64,000 nucleotides of DNA from Eledone cirrhosa (GCA_964016885.1 OZ024747.1:20026001-20090000), one strand, 5' to 3'. Positions 14,341 to 29,071 are shown, counted from the first letter of the stretch. The notes: generated from the sequence alone by a model not told the origin. A program made the numbers and translations.

Positions 14341-15030
14341 TGCAAGTGATTTTTTTCTCGGTCCGATTTGACGAAAGTCGATCGACTATCGATATAGGTA
14401 TACGGTAAATTAATAAATAATTTATAAGCAAATGGTTCTTAATGTTATATGACTAAAATTGTTTGTACAGCAAACTTAATTTTCAGTGATTATTATTTTT
14501 TTCGAACACAAAAGAGAGAGAATATATTCTCCTATACAATTCCACAAAACGTTGTCCGTAGTTTCTTTTTTAAGTTAAATGAATTGTAGTCTCTGATCAT
14601 TTGTCTCTATTATAGACAACGATAATTTTCCTTTAACTTTATCATAACTATGATTAGCTTTCTATTCATGACAGACACCACGGCTTGAGATCCACTATGC
14701 TGTTATTTTCTTTTCTTTGTCTCCTTCCGTCCTTCTATCTGTGTGTTTTGTTTCATCACATACATATCATTGCAACAAAAGGATTTAGTTTTCCGTTGCG
14801 CAATGTAGCATTCTAACATAGGTGAAACCTATTTGGTGATTTGAGGGCTGACGAGGGTGAATATCTATGTGTGTGAAAGACCAGAAACAAGAGAGGCACA
14901 ACAAATCGATAGTCATTGAGAAGGTTACAGATTGGTGTGACGAAATATCTTCGACGGAAGAATAAAGATAAAGTGAAAGTTATATGGGCCGTGTGTTCAA
15001 TTGAAAAAATGACCATCGACAAATATAGCA

Positions 15031-15132
<102 letters not shown>

Positions 15133-15134
15133 TC

Positions 15135-15855
15135 TGCTAAAGCTACAAACCGAATAAGCATACACGCTAGCTTGGCCGTATACTAGAGCTTCGTCTATGC
15201 TGTACTACAATTTATATTTACTCCTAGAATTAACGATTAACTGATTAATTTTATTTGATGATTCTATTGATTAATTAATTGTTTAAATTTGTTTGATAAC
15301 TTCTAGTCGAGTGCTTTATTCGGTTTGAATAAGGGGATTCATTCCTTTATCTCAAATTAGAATATACCGCCTAAGCGGGGGTTACCTCCCTTCGGACAAA
15401 ACCATGTGTCTGTGGCGACCTTTAAAGTCACAGCATACCCGCTTTGGCTAAGAACGAAAGACTTGCTGAAGAAGTAAATCCTATGTTCTGTCGTCAAAAA
15501 CCATTATATTGCAGACTCCTGCAATAGGAATTTGTCGATCATGGATTTGCAGAAACTTAGCGCTGTTGCTGCGTGCGATTTTGCGATCAATATTGTGGAA
15601 ACACCATGTGGATTGTATATTTTACACTCAGCCTCAGCATTATGTCCAGGTCAGTAAAAAATCTTTACCTGGGTCCTGTATTTTCGTTGCTCTAGTGATG
15701 CGGTCGGACTGCCGACTGCTATATCTAATTTTCTAAGCTGTCTGAACATAATGTTATACTCTGGGGTCTTACCTCATATAAGTGCTAAAGCTACAAACCG
15801 AATAAGCATACACGCTAGCTTGGCCGTATACTAGAGCTTCGTCTATGCTGTACTA
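15135..15855. mobile_element. Direct-repeat-bounded cassette in (TA)n
   Basis: Identical 73-bp repeats at 15135-15207 and 15783-15855 (TGCTAAAGCTACAAACCG...GCTGTACTA). Confidence 0.6.
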
Positions 15856-15858
15856 AAA

Positions 15859-15925
<67 letters not shown>

Positions 15926-16163
15926 TGAGTGTCATGCTGCAAATAATACGACCACACGAACCTGTTGGATTTTCACTACGATTCCAGTCAGTTAATTTAA
16001 TGACCAGATGGTTGTTTAGTTGTTGTTTTTCATCAAAGATCTTTCGCCACACATTCTCTGACCTCCCCAGTGGTTACTTTTGTTGTTATTTTGTGTTTCT
16101 TGTTTGTTCCGCCTGCACTAACTTGTTTTTGTGAGCTGACAAAACAAATACAAAAGCGAGGTA

Positions 16164-16221
<58 letters not shown>

Positions 16222-16382
16222 TATATACATATATATACATATATATATATACATATATATATATACATATATATATATGCACATATATATATATATGTGC
16301 ATATATATTGTATATATATAAATATATATATATATATGAAAAAGAACACAAGAGCGTCTACAACATCAAAAGATTTTTATTG

Positions 16383-16428
16383 GCTTACAATGTTTCTTCC
16401 TTACGTAACCGCAGGATTCGTCAGAGCT
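16383..16428 (-). ncRNA. Type-I hammerhead ribozyme inside a mini foldback (16332-16475)
   Basis: AGCT-CTGACGA-[ATCCTGCG gtta CGTAAGGAA]-GAAA-CATTG-TA-AGCC; flanked by ~38-bp inverted repeats. Confidence 0.8.
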
Positions 16429-16568
16429 ATAAAAGGGGTTTGATTGGTAGACGCTCTTGTGTTCTTTTTCATATATACGGCTCTGCTCCAAAGCATAGAG
16501 CTAATTATTATGCTGCCAATACCTTAACGGGACACGGGTATACAATACCTAACTCCTATTAACCTAAG

Positions 16569-16603
<35 letters not shown>

Positions 16604-16606
<3 letters not shown>

Positions 16607-18146
16607 CTCATTGAAGGCAACAGGTATACATTTAAATCAGGACAACATTTTACTGTAAAAAATCACTTCACTTGCTCATCAAAAAATCTAATTTATGACA
16701 TTAAATGTAAAGGATGCAATAAAGATTATATAGGACAAACTAAACTCACACTCAGAAACAGAATGACAGTTCATCGCCAACAATTACGAGATCCAACCAC
16801 GAGACAGATACCACTAAGTGCACATCTAGACATTTGCGCAAGTAATAAGACACCTAAATTCCAAGTCTTCCCATTTTACCTTTGCGCTAACAATACAACA
16901 GAACAAATGCGAATAAATAAGGAAAATATGTTTATTCAAAAATATAGACCAACATTAAATAAGGTTTAATATACATTATGTCAACACCATAATATGACAT
17001 ACACACACACACATAACACCTTCTACTTTAGAAAATAAAAACCCGAACTAAATAAACCTTAACATACGTTTGCACTGACAATACAACAGCAAACACGAAT
17101 AAGGAAAATATGTTCATTCAAAAATATTCCTAATAAAGGAATCACTTTCCTACACACACACATACACACACACACAATATATATATATATTCTCTTCATC
17201 TTAACATGCTAACCATACTCCCACACACATAACACCCATACACACACATAACAACCAACGCACCTACAACTCCCTCCCCATTTCTACTAATAGAACCACT
17301 TTCCTACACACATATATATATACACACACACAAAATATATATTCTCTCCATCTTAACATACTCGCACACACACACATAACACCCATATACACACACACAC
17401 AACTCCCTCCCCCATCTCTACTAATAGAATCATTTTCCAATAGACACATACACACACACACACACACACACAGAAGCACACAAATAAACATACATATTTT
17501 CACTTCAATAGAAAATCTGAACTCTGACACCCCAGCGAACTAACCATATTCACTGAACCAGAACAATTCTCCCAATCCCTTTTCTCTTGACCACTAACTT
17601 TCCATTGTCATAACATTCACTATAAAGGCTACAGAATAGTTTTCCAAATAAGGGCGCAAAAATGTAATGAAAACTTGTTCACGTGACAGCCAAATTTCAT
17701 TTATAACCAACCAAAAAAAAGCCTTCGTGAGCCTCCTTTTTTCAAGTAAAAAGAAATTCAAACACTCATATATGAAAAAACAACCTGTGACAACCCCCCC
17801 TCTTATTTGAAGAACTATTGTAACGCGAACTGGCGCAAAATTTATTATAATTATTGACAAACCAATCAAATTACTTCTCGAAAAACCTGGCATTTCGAGC
17901 CACTTTTTCCATATAAAACAAGTAACATTCAGAGACCAACCAGATGTGAGAAAAACCACAGACCCTCCATCTCAACTCACCTTTTGAAAAGCAGAAGAAC
18001 TGCGAAACCGGTAAAGGAACCAAATAAATATATATATTTTTTTAAAAAATAAGACTCCAGTTGCATTTTCGATTTCATCTCTTTTTCTTTATACTTTCAC
18101 TCGTGTACGACAGCTCGGTTATTTTTCATTTTGTAAAAAAAACCTC

Positions 18147-18155
<9 letters not shown>
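16604..18155 (+). mobile_element. 5'-truncated Penelope-like element: GIY-YIG C-terminus (16604-16969), 3' region and degenerate HHR (17980-18016)
   Basis: Open frame HLIEGNRY...FTCSSKNLIYDIKCKGCNKDYIGQTKLTLRNRMTVHRQQ; HHR CCTT-TTGAAAA-GCAG aagaa CTGC-GAAA-CCGG-TA-AAGG; (TA)n on both sides. Confidence 0.85.
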
Positions 18156-18211
<56 letters not shown>

Positions 18212-18212
18212 A

Positions 18213-18317
<105 letters not shown>

Positions 18318-18364
18318 CGCATATATTATATAAATACACCCATATTTATATCTATATATATATA

Positions 18365-19642
18365 CTAGCATTAAAGCCCGGCGTTGCTCGGGGTCATTAA
18401 GTTACCAAAGTTAGGTTGCAACACCCATTTTATGGCAGCACTATTTTGTCTGCCAGGCACTGGGTGAATGAATTGCAGACCTGGAAGCAGGAGCTGCGCC
18501 AGCAGTGACAATTGTAGTTTCGCCTATGGCTATTATCTCTGTGCAAAAAAGTGTTGAAATTTATTGTTTCACAGTACTTGCGCAACACGCGCATAGACGA
18601 TGCCAGCCGAACAACAGAGCTGCGATGGAGTTGTTCTACATGGTTGTCTGTGTGTTTTCTAAATTTAAGACAGTAGGGAGGGTTGTGATATGAGGAAGAG
18701 TTAGCTGTTGTTTCTAGCAGGTTTAGTGACCTCATAGAGGATATGTGTTTTCTAAATTTAAGACAGTAGGGAGTGGTGTGATATGGGGGAGAGTTAGCTG
18801 CTGTTTCTAGCAGGTTTAGTGACCTCATAGAAGATATGTTTTCTAAATTTAAGACAGTAGGGATGGGTGTGATATGGGGGAGAGTTAGCTGCTGTTTCTA
18901 GCAGGTTTACTAACCTCATAGAGGATAGGTGTTTTCTAAATTTAAGACAGTAGGGAGTGGTGTGATATGGGGGAGAGTTAGCTGCTGTTTCTAGCAGGTT
19001 TAGTGACCGCATAGAAGATATGTTTTCTAAATTTAAGACAGTAGGGAGGGGTGTGGTATGGGGAGAGTTAGCTGTTGTTTCTAGCAGGTTTAGTGACCTC
19101 ATAGAAGATATTATTGTTTATCATTATCTATAAAAGGCAGATTGTTGTTGTTGTTGTTGAAGTGAGTGTGTGTTTGTATGCGTTTGGAAAAGAGTTTTTA
19201 AAAAAGATTTATCGCTTGTTGTTGAATAAATGTATCTGTTGCTTTTGAATAATTGTCGTTTCGTATGAAATGTAATACTTTGAAGTATAAAAGAGAAAGT
19301 AGCAAAATGTGTGGGTTGTAGATAGAGAGATGCAGATGATATGACAGAGTAATACGGACAGTATCACCATCAAGCTTGGAAAGAGAAAGTAGCAGAAAGT
19401 ATGAAGTTGTATAGATTTTGAATGGTAGTGGAAAGAGTTTAGCAGTTTAAATGACAAGAAAAATCGTAAAATATTGAGTTTTATCTATTTTTTGTTTAAT
19501 TGTGGGTGAAATTGAAAAAATGAGATGTGCCAAGACGCAATCGAAACTATTTCGAATACTGAATTGTAAATTTCAATTGAAGAAATTCTATATCGTAGAT
19601 TTCTATAAGAAAGGCGCATGACCACACACTGAGCTTTATAGA
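18365..19642 (-). mobile_element. Non-autonomous Helitron
   Basis: Minus strand starts TC and ends CTAG, preceded by hairpin CCCGAGCAACGCCGGG; lies between A and T; no TSD. Confidence 0.75.
18650..19112. repeat. Minisatellite, ~5 copies of a ~90-bp unit, inside the Helitron
   Basis: Unit TTTTCTAAATTTAAGACAGTAGGGAG...GAGTTAGCTGCTGTTTCTAGCAGGTTTAGTGACCTCATAGAAGATATG. Confidence 0.9.
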
Positions 19643-20342
19643 TTATGATTATTGTTATTAGATATGAAGTTAACGGGATTTCATTCCTTACTTCTTTATA
19701 TAACTCTTTATATAACCATTTTTATTTCGTATCTTGCTCTTATTTATTTATTCATTCTAAAGATTTACTTGTCCTACTATTTTAGAGTTCTTTTTTACAG
19801 TGTCTATCAAGATTTTTCTTATGAGATTTTCATGAGAGTTTTGTTTATATTTTTAATATTTCTTTAAAATTTCCCTTTGAAATTTGTTGCGTTTTTCATT
19901 TTCTCTACTCAGAAATTCATTACAAGAAATGAAATTATTCACTGCTAAAAGAAACACTAAAAAATCTTAAAAAAAGTAATTCTAACTTTATTAGGAATAA
20001 AGACAAATATAAAACAACGGGCCGTAGTAATGTATAGAATATTCTCACAAACACTAATTTAATTACATATAAACGAAAACACACTGACACGTGCACACTC
20101 ACACAAACACTTTTAGACTTATTGGCAGCTGGATGAAAATCGATGGGTGTTTCTACGCAGGTATATATGCTGCTTCCCTATATATTGCTATTCCTGTATG
20201 AATATTCGTGTTTTATTTTTCCAATGCGAATTTGAAAGTGTATTAATACGTTGTTGCGCGCTATAAAATTTTAAATTGCTTCAATGAACGTAAAGCAATG
20301 TTCCTATGCACATACATTATGATAGTGTATATATATGTGTGA

Positions 20343-20374
<32 letters not shown>

Positions 20375-20548
20375 ACATAAAAATGGTATATGTATTCAAG
20401 AGCATTTAGCAATATTGTAAGAGTATATATATAAATAATAATAATAATAATATATATATATATATATATATATGCGTGTGTGTGTGAATATATATGTATT
20501 TATATATCTATATATGTGTATATATGTGTGTGTGTATAAATAGATATG

Positions 20549-20740
<192 letters not shown>

Positions 20741-20944
20741 TATATCAAGCCGTTTCGACGGCTACTTCTGGACCGTCGAGACGGCTTGAGCTCTGCCGTC
20801 GGGGGTCAAACATTTTCCTATTACCCACTTTACTACTGTAAGTAATGAGTACTCTGTTGCGTTATGGTCCATCTGCTTCCTTACCACACCTCCTTCTAAT
20901 ATATATACTGTTGGTTTCACGCTCACAATAATTTCTATACTTTC

Positions 20945-21036
<92 letters not shown>

Positions 21037-21364
21037 TGCTCAGCCGTTAATTTTCATAAGGAAAGTATATACTTTCAGACGTTCAACCATCTGGCAGAAA
21101 GGTATACGGTGCTGACAATAGCTAATAAGCTTGAAACTAGTACATCGTTCCTGTGTCAGTGTTGAACAAAAAGGTGACGTGGTTGCCTAAACACTCTACG
21201 GCGTAATTCAGGCTGTTTGTTTGTTTACAAACGAACAAACCGTGCATTATAATAAATTTTCGGTAAACTGATACGTGCATATATATATATGTGTGCCTGT
21301 ATGTATATATATACATGCTACTGTACGTCTGTATACATATAGGTATGTACGTATACATACATAC

Positions 21365-21654
21365 CTGCTAGAGACTTGCACCCCTTCGCACATTGACGAC
21401 AACTATGGATCTCCCTGGGCTCAGGTTGCATGTGAACCTTCACAATACCGTTGTGGGGCCAGAGTTCACTAGTTTTCTTTGAACATGCCTGCGATTGTAG
21501 ATCCTGACACCAGATTTGCTGAAGCAAATCTTTCACACTCAAGGCACACCAATTCAATTGAGACACCACTGATGACAATCTTGTATGGATAAGGTATATA
21601 TGGATGACCTCTTTCAACGACATGTAGAAAGATAGTTGTTCATAATCACTAGTT
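21365..21654 (-). other. Candidate exon of an unknown spliced transcript
   Basis: Unique-sequence island bounded by tag| and CAG|gtatgt; one frame open throughout (ORF 21318-21662); no recognisable domain; weak polypyrimidine tract. Confidence 0.3.
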
Positions 21655-21804
21655 CTATACACACATATATATACATATATGTCTTATTGTCTCTAAGATG
21701 CGTCCATAGACGGTATGCCGGTTGAGCACTCTATGCTCATATGGAGCAGAGTATGATAACATGGAAAACGAAGAATCAGTGATGCATCGGAACTCAATTT
21801 ATTG

Positions 21805-21895
21805 TATATTACAATTGTTTCTCCGTCGACCAGCTCGAGGTGCCATCTGTTGGTGGATCGAACCTGACTCTGGATTCGAAAGTTCCTCAGATACG
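21805..21895 (-). ncRNA. Hammerhead ribozyme with long stem II, in foldback 21771-22035
   Basis: CGTAT-CTGAGGA-[~60 nt]-GAAA-CAATTG-TA-ATAT; palindromic stem III ACAATTGT; diverged inverted copy at ~21925-22000. Confidence 0.7.
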
Positions 21896-22094
21896 TCTGT
21901 TGGTTTCAAAGCAGATTCTCATTCTGAATGAAGAACTTGCGAAACCAGAGTCAGGTTCGATCCACGAGCTGTTCGCCGGAGAAACAATTGTTGTAATACG
22001 CAATAAATTGAGTTCCAAAGCATCACTGATTCATCGTTTTCCATTTTATATATACATATATATATATATATATGTGTGTATATATAAATATTTG

Positions 22095-22177
<83 letters not shown>

Positions 22178-22181
<4 letters not shown>

Positions 22182-23008
22182 ATAAATTTGAAGACTAAAA
22201 TCCAAAGAGGGCTCGATAAGGATAAATATATATCAAATATATAAGAACCGTAGAGCAAATATTTATTAAAATAACAGATTAAAGTTTAAGAAAAGAATCG
22301 CTGCTTTCACCCTTAACGGGATCTTCTGAAACTAAAAAAATCAATCTGTCAACGCAGAAGTAAATATTTCAAAAAACGTTGGAACCGAAGGAAGACAGGA
22401 AGACGATACTTTGGCAAAGAACGGGAAAAAAAGAACGGAAAAAGAACGGGAAAAAAACGAAGATAATACGTGTAGCAGTGAAAACAATTACACGCAAAGA
22501 CAAAACCACGTTTATAAATAAATACCTCTGTATGTTATTTACTTTATTCTTAACTCTGTGGTCGAGAATCTTTCGGTTTCCTAAATAGGATTTTAGTCTA
22601 CGACTTCTGTTCTACTATTTACGTGGTTTCGTCTTTGCGTGTAATTGTTCTCACCGCTCCAAATAATGACGTATTATTTCCGTTCATTGCCAGAGAACGT
22701 CTCTATGAACCACCTTATAGAATATTAGTCTACGACTTCATTTATACAATAAACGTGGTTTTGTCTTTGCGTGTAATTGTTTTCACCGCTCCAAATAATG
22801 ACGTATTATCTTCGTTTTTTTCCCCGCTCTTTGCCAGGGAACGTTTCCACGAACCAAAGTATCGTTTTCCTGTCTTCCTTCGGTTGCAACGTTTTTTGAA
22901 ATATTTACTTCTGCGTTCACAGATTGACTTTTTTAGTTTCAGAAGATCCCGTTAAGAGTGAAAGCAACGATTCTTTGCTTAAACTTTAATCTGTTATTTT
23001 AATAAATA
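22178..23008. mobile_element. Foldback cassette with variant-core HHRs (22283-22333 minus, 22935-22985 plus)
   Basis: AGTTT-CAGAAGA-[TCCCGTTAAGGGT]-GAAA-GCA..TGC-TT-AAACT; homologs at 8790-8852, 29915-30035 and 50110-50942. Confidence 0.7.
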
Positions 23009-23125
23009 TATATATATATGTGTATATATATATATATATTATATATATATATATATATATGTGAAGTAATTCCGTCGGAAAAGTCCAGGAAAAAAGAGTG
23101 CTCTATGTAGGTAACAGAGCTTAAT

Positions 23126-23417
23126 AGTTATGTAATAAACAACATAAGGCAATAATTCCATTTACCAGTGGTTTCTTAAAAGCAAAAGATTTTGCTTTCA
23201 ATCCTCAGAATGAAAAAATCCTAGTCTGTTTATTGAATTTGAATTTGGATTTTAAAAACAAAAATCAAATTTTTGTTTTTTTGATTTTTGTTTTTAAAAT
23301 CCAAATTCAATAAACAGACCAGGATTTTTTCATTCTGAGGATTGAAAGCAAAATCTTTTGCTTTTAAGAAACCACTGGTAAATGGAATTATTGCCTTATG
23401 TTGTTTATTACATAACT
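23126..23417. ncRNA. Palindromic cassette with two intact HHRs (23157-23214 minus, 23329-23386 plus)
   Basis: TTCATT-CTGAGGA-[TTGAAAGCAAAA tc TTTTGCTTTTAA]-GAAA-CCACTGG-TA-AATGGA on both arms. Confidence 0.85.
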
Positions 23418-23429
23418 GTATATATATAT

Positions 23430-23891
<462 letters not shown>

Positions 23892-23948
23892 ATATATCTA
23901 TATCTATATCTATATCTATATCTATATATCTATATATATATATCTATA

Positions 23949-24005
<57 letters not shown>

Positions 24006-24805
24006 ATATATAAATATTTGTATATATATATATATATACTTGTGTCCGGGCGAGTGTGTGTGTGTGAGTGCGGTGTCTGCCAATCGGTGAACATTCACAA
24101 GCGTGGACTTTTCATTTTGTTTACACTGTATTCTTTGTGAACAATTCATACATTATAATTGGACATCCATCATTCAAACGATTATGGCGGGGTGTAAATT
24201 TGTTTGGATAATTGGTTGTTGAAACAACTGATTTAATCATAAACAATGGAAGCATACAGAATAAGTAATTTCAAAAGCATGTGTACATAATTTCTCATGC
24301 TTTTTTACCGTGATCGAGACACTGTACAATCAAACTTTCTATTCGTATATCAATGGCTTTTTCTTTATTTTCACAAACCTAGTAACGTTAAAGTCCATGA
24401 TTATGTATAACAAATAAGAATTTGTTACAAATCATAATGTGAATAACGATATAATTGATGTTGCTATGGTTTGAAATCCGGTAAAATTTGGGATAAATTT
24501 ATGTTAACACTCTTTAAAGTGACCTTTCGTATTACACTAACTGACCGATGTCAGTAATTTAGAGACAATATCATAGCTCATGGGTCAATAACACCTCTTT
24601 GATGTAACATTTTGACAGGTTCGTCAACGATACGAATTCACTTCTAATGATTGGAAACGTAAGTCCATTCATTTACAAATTAAAATTGTGCTGGCTGAGG
24701 AGAATGTATCTAAAAATAGAACCACCGATTGATAATCTAAATTTAACAGGCGAGTAGCTCGGGACATAAAATATAATTTAAAGTTCAACAAATATATGTT
24801 TTATT

Positions 24806-25135
24806 ATCATCATCATCATCCGGTGGCCTCAGCCGACATCAACTCAACAATCGATCTCCACGTGGGTCTGTTATTCATTTCTGCTGCTAAATTCTGGCTA
24901 GATTTCAATACCAGAATCTCTGGAGATGACATCGAGATAGGAGACTTAATCCCCCTGTTATTAGTGACTGCTTGTGGTTTCCAAAGCACTAATGGGGAGA
25001 CAAACTTGAAGGTGGCATGATGGCAGTGGCCGGCAAATCTTACTCTCCTTTTACGTTCAACGTTAGATATGCGTTGGAGGCCGGAATATATCGCTTTCAA
25101 ATTCTTATAGATCAGTTTTATGGAAGAGTAAAATG
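24806..25135 (-). mobile_element. RTE-like LINE 3' fragment
   Basis: ORF 24816-25100 contains RRVRFAGHC...LVLWKP; (ATG)n tail at ~24806-24820. Confidence 0.7.
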
Positions 25136-26686
25136 TTTGTTGTTGTTGTTGAGGATGATGATGATGATGATGATGATGGTGATGATGATGCTGATGATGA
25201 TGATGATGATGATTATGATGTAGATGGTGAGGATGATGAAGATTATGACGATGATGAAGATTATGAGGATGATGATGGTGATGAGGATGATGATTGTTGA
25301 AATTGTTATATCAGCAATAATGTAGCGAACAATATAACTCTTCGAATAACTCTTTAAATTGATCGATATTCAATTATTCTGTTATTGGTATATTTAGATG
25401 TGCTTATCAGTGAACCATTTGGGTGGACGTTGTGTTGAGTCATCGGGTTTAAGCTTTTGTGTGCTCTGTTCTTTTAAATTTTAAATTTTACCAGGATTTA
25501 TGTTTCACAGCCCACTTCTTTTGTACATTAAATTCGTTATTTTAAAACTGAAGGATTTCTAAAACAAAACGCATTTTGTTTTAATTGCAGGATTTAATAA
25601 CACTTTTTACATTCTAAATTTAATTCATTCTAATTGCAGTATTTAATCACGCCACTTTAGATTCTAAATCTACATTCTTCAGGCTCAATAAAATAAATGA
25701 ACAAAATACAAGATGGCTTCCCCCTCGATATAACATTATTAATAATTATCAATTAATGCTATCGTGCAATGCCTATGCGAGAAGATTTTTTTTTAAAGTC
25801 AGGAAAGACTGTGCACTGAGCCAATCCCGCCCTCAGAAAAGAAGAACAGATCAACATCATCGGTAACTACTGAGCCGCAGGTTTTAAGTCGGAGTTATAC
25901 ATACATACATATAAGTAGAGGTGGCTAATAATCAACAGGGTAAGGGATAACGCTATGAAACATGAGTTAAAATTTAATAAATCATACAGGGTATATTGGA
26001 AGAATCGGAAAAGGGTCGGATGTCATGCTTTGCAGCATAGAGTTGTGGTCCTCTACGTTCTGATTTCAAATCCCACCGAGGTTAACTTTGCCTTTCATCC
26101 TTAAAGAGCCGATAAAATAAAGCACCAGTAATGGACTGGGTAATTGCTGGCCTTGTGCCAAAATTAGAAACAATTATAATTCACGCACCAATAGTTAATT
26201 TACCTCATAAGATTAGCATCTTGATTTCGAATCTCATCAGTTTGTTATATGTATATTTATGGCCTAATGTATGTACATTATGTACAGTTGTGTTGCACAC
26301 GCAGAGGTAATGAGCTAATCATACCATGTAAAATCCCTGGTGGAATGGGAAACCACATAATGACATTTTATGTGATATCTTGTATATATGTGTATATGTA
26401 CCTGTGCACTAAGCATAGGGAAGGAAATACATGACGGGAATAGAATTTCGCATTTTAAATATAGTGGATGAAAGAGATATCAAGCAACAGATTCCCCACA
26501 CCATGTCAAGAACGAAGTATCTTTCTGTGAGTGATCAATTTCCTACAAGCAAACAAGGGACGGTAATTCCATTCGTACCTTTGTTTCTCTTTCCTGCTCT
26601 CGCTCTCTGTTGCTATATCCCCCCCCCCCATGTAAATATATATATATGAAACTTTGTATTGGTCCAGGCCATGTCTCACTTAATAG

Positions 26687-26744
<58 letters not shown>

Positions 26745-26747
<3 letters not shown>

Positions 26748-27288
26748 CATTGAACCACAAATATTATAAACAACTTGCATATTTCTACAAGTACATTGTA
26801 CCTGTTGAGGTATTCATCCACTTTTATAATTTTTCTCCTCATGTAGAGGACAAAACGTTGAATAATACTGCTAATTTTAGTGGCAATATCAACATGTTTA
26901 TAATATACAGCTATTATCAGCGACCTGATTTTGCGTGTGTGTCATTTTAACGGCTTGACCGCATGCGTTGGGCAGGAAGCGAAATATTTACTTAATATAG
27001 GGCTTGCAACCTTATGGTGTGGAAATAGGCTGTCTGAAGATTCTTTCTTTCCATTGAAAATTCTCTGGATTTCCAATCTTTTGGAATGATGAAACCGTCG
27101 GTAACAGCAATGGAACAGGTGATTATTTAAATCGTTTTTTAATTTATTTAGAGAATTGTTTGATAACCGCTTGCTCCGCTGCTTTTTATATTGTTCTGGC
27201 ATCTCGAATTAATACCATTAAACCACAAATATTATAAACAACTTGCATATTTCTATAAGTACATTGTACCTGTTGAGGTATTCATCCA

Positions 27289-27295
<7 letters not shown>
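26745..27295. mobile_element. Direct-repeat-bounded cassette in (TA)n
   Basis: ~82-bp near-identical repeats at 26745-26828 and 27214-27296 (ACCATT...CATCCACTTTTATA). Confidence 0.6.
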
Positions 27296-27365
<70 letters not shown>

Positions 27366-27379
27366 CGGCGATGAATTAG

Positions 27380-28604
27380 TTTTGCGAGGTTTTTTATATG
27401 AAATCGTGTGTCGAAACAAATATTGTTATACTTGGGGAGGGTCATATTTGTGTAATATTACCAGAATTAATAACAGAACATACTCACTGTTTGGTTGGTT
27501 TTCGCTTTTCGCTTCTGTGTCTTTTATATCGGCAATCTAATTTATTCGGTCCTCAATGTTGCCATTTACTGACCGGCGGTCAAAAATAATACAGATAAGA
27601 TATAGACACAAACACATATATATAGTTTATCAAAGTTCTTTCGTTGCAGATCTGCAACATCGTCAGTGGTGCTATTGTTTCCTCCCGTTGCATTCTATGT
27701 CTACGCCATTTTTATTTAGTCTGTCTATATATTCATTTATTTATTTGTTTGTTTGTTCATTTTATTTTGTCTTCTTTGTGCATGCGTTTGCGTGTGTGTA
27801 TAGTGTTTTGTTTGATGTGTGTTCGTGATTGGATGACTAGTGTGTGTTTATATGTGTTTGTTGTTATTGTGCTTGTGTATGTATTTATTTATTTATTTAT
27901 CTATTTATTCATTTATTTATTTATACTACTCTTAGGTCAGTGTTGTTTGTTTGGGTGTTGTTGTTATTCCATTCATTCTTTCTGTTTAGTCTTGGCCTTC
28001 TAGGTTCTATTTCACTGGCCTATCTGCTGGGTCATTTCTATGTTGTCTATGTTACCGTCGTGTTGTTTTCTGGCATGTTCGTATAGTACTGACCCGTTTT
28101 TTCGTCCTTTTAGTTCCCCCCAGTGTTGGTCTATCCTTTCACCTATGCTACGAGCTGTCTCGCCTATGTATGTTGTTGTCATGTTTCTGCAAGTACCCTC
28201 TGTACATCTTATGCTATAGACTACGTTTCTAGTTTTACAGTTTATCCGGGGGTTTACCTTACATATGATACATTTCCTATTAGTACAGTGGGTTTTCTTA
28301 AAAGGATACGTTTTGCTGATCAGGGATTTTATGGTGGTTCCTGGCTTTTCTACCACCTTAATCTTTAAGTGGGTCTTTCTCAGGGCCTTTCTACACTGGT
28401 TAGCTAATTTCCCTCCAGTGGTAGCGTCCACAAACATGACACTCTGGTATCTCTGGTTGTCGTACCATGAGGTGGCTTTCCCTATCTTATTTCTAGCCCT
28501 ATCTAAGCTATTCCATGATTTGCTCCTGTATAATGGGCAAATTCCTTTTTTTAATTATTAATTCTGGCAATATTACACAAATATGACCCTCCCCAAGTAT
28601 AACA

Positions 28605-28608
<4 letters not shown>
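27380..28608 (-). mobile_element. 5'-truncated Penelope-like element: GIY-YIG ORF 28012-28437, HHR-like motif 27629-27671, inverted 5' pLTR piece 28555-28608
   Basis: CTNRKCIIC...CKTRNVVYSIRC...YIGETARSIGERIDQH; 28555-28608 is the reverse complement of 27419-27473. Confidence 0.9.
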
Positions 28609-28636
<28 letters not shown>

Positions 28637-28637
28637 T

Positions 28638-28707
<70 letters not shown>

Positions 28708-29009
28708 TACATTTGTATATATATATAGGTGTGTGTGTCTGTATATATATATATCTGTGTATGTATATATGTGTGTGTGTGTGTGTGTGTGTATTTGTGT
28801 GTATATATATATATGGGATAACAAGTTATCGTTCTAGGTAATCCAGTACTCCGATGATTTGATCAGAAACACACACAGTATTTATGGTCGAGTTACGCAA
28901 CTTCGAGTGATTAGGGGCCTTTAGACTCACCTGATCAATGAAACAATTGTTAATACTATAAAGAAAACAATTTTTGTACAGCCGACCATGTTATTCTTCA
29001 CTTTTTCAC

Positions 29010-29071
<62 letters not shown>

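Noticed and set aside
18650-19112. CRISPR-like periodic array
   Set aside because: Whole ~90-bp units repeat with no unique spacers; eukaryotic context and no cas genes
28845-28883. HHR-like CCGATGA..GAAA motif
   Set aside because: Two core defects (U4 changed, no UH cleavage site) and a weak stem II
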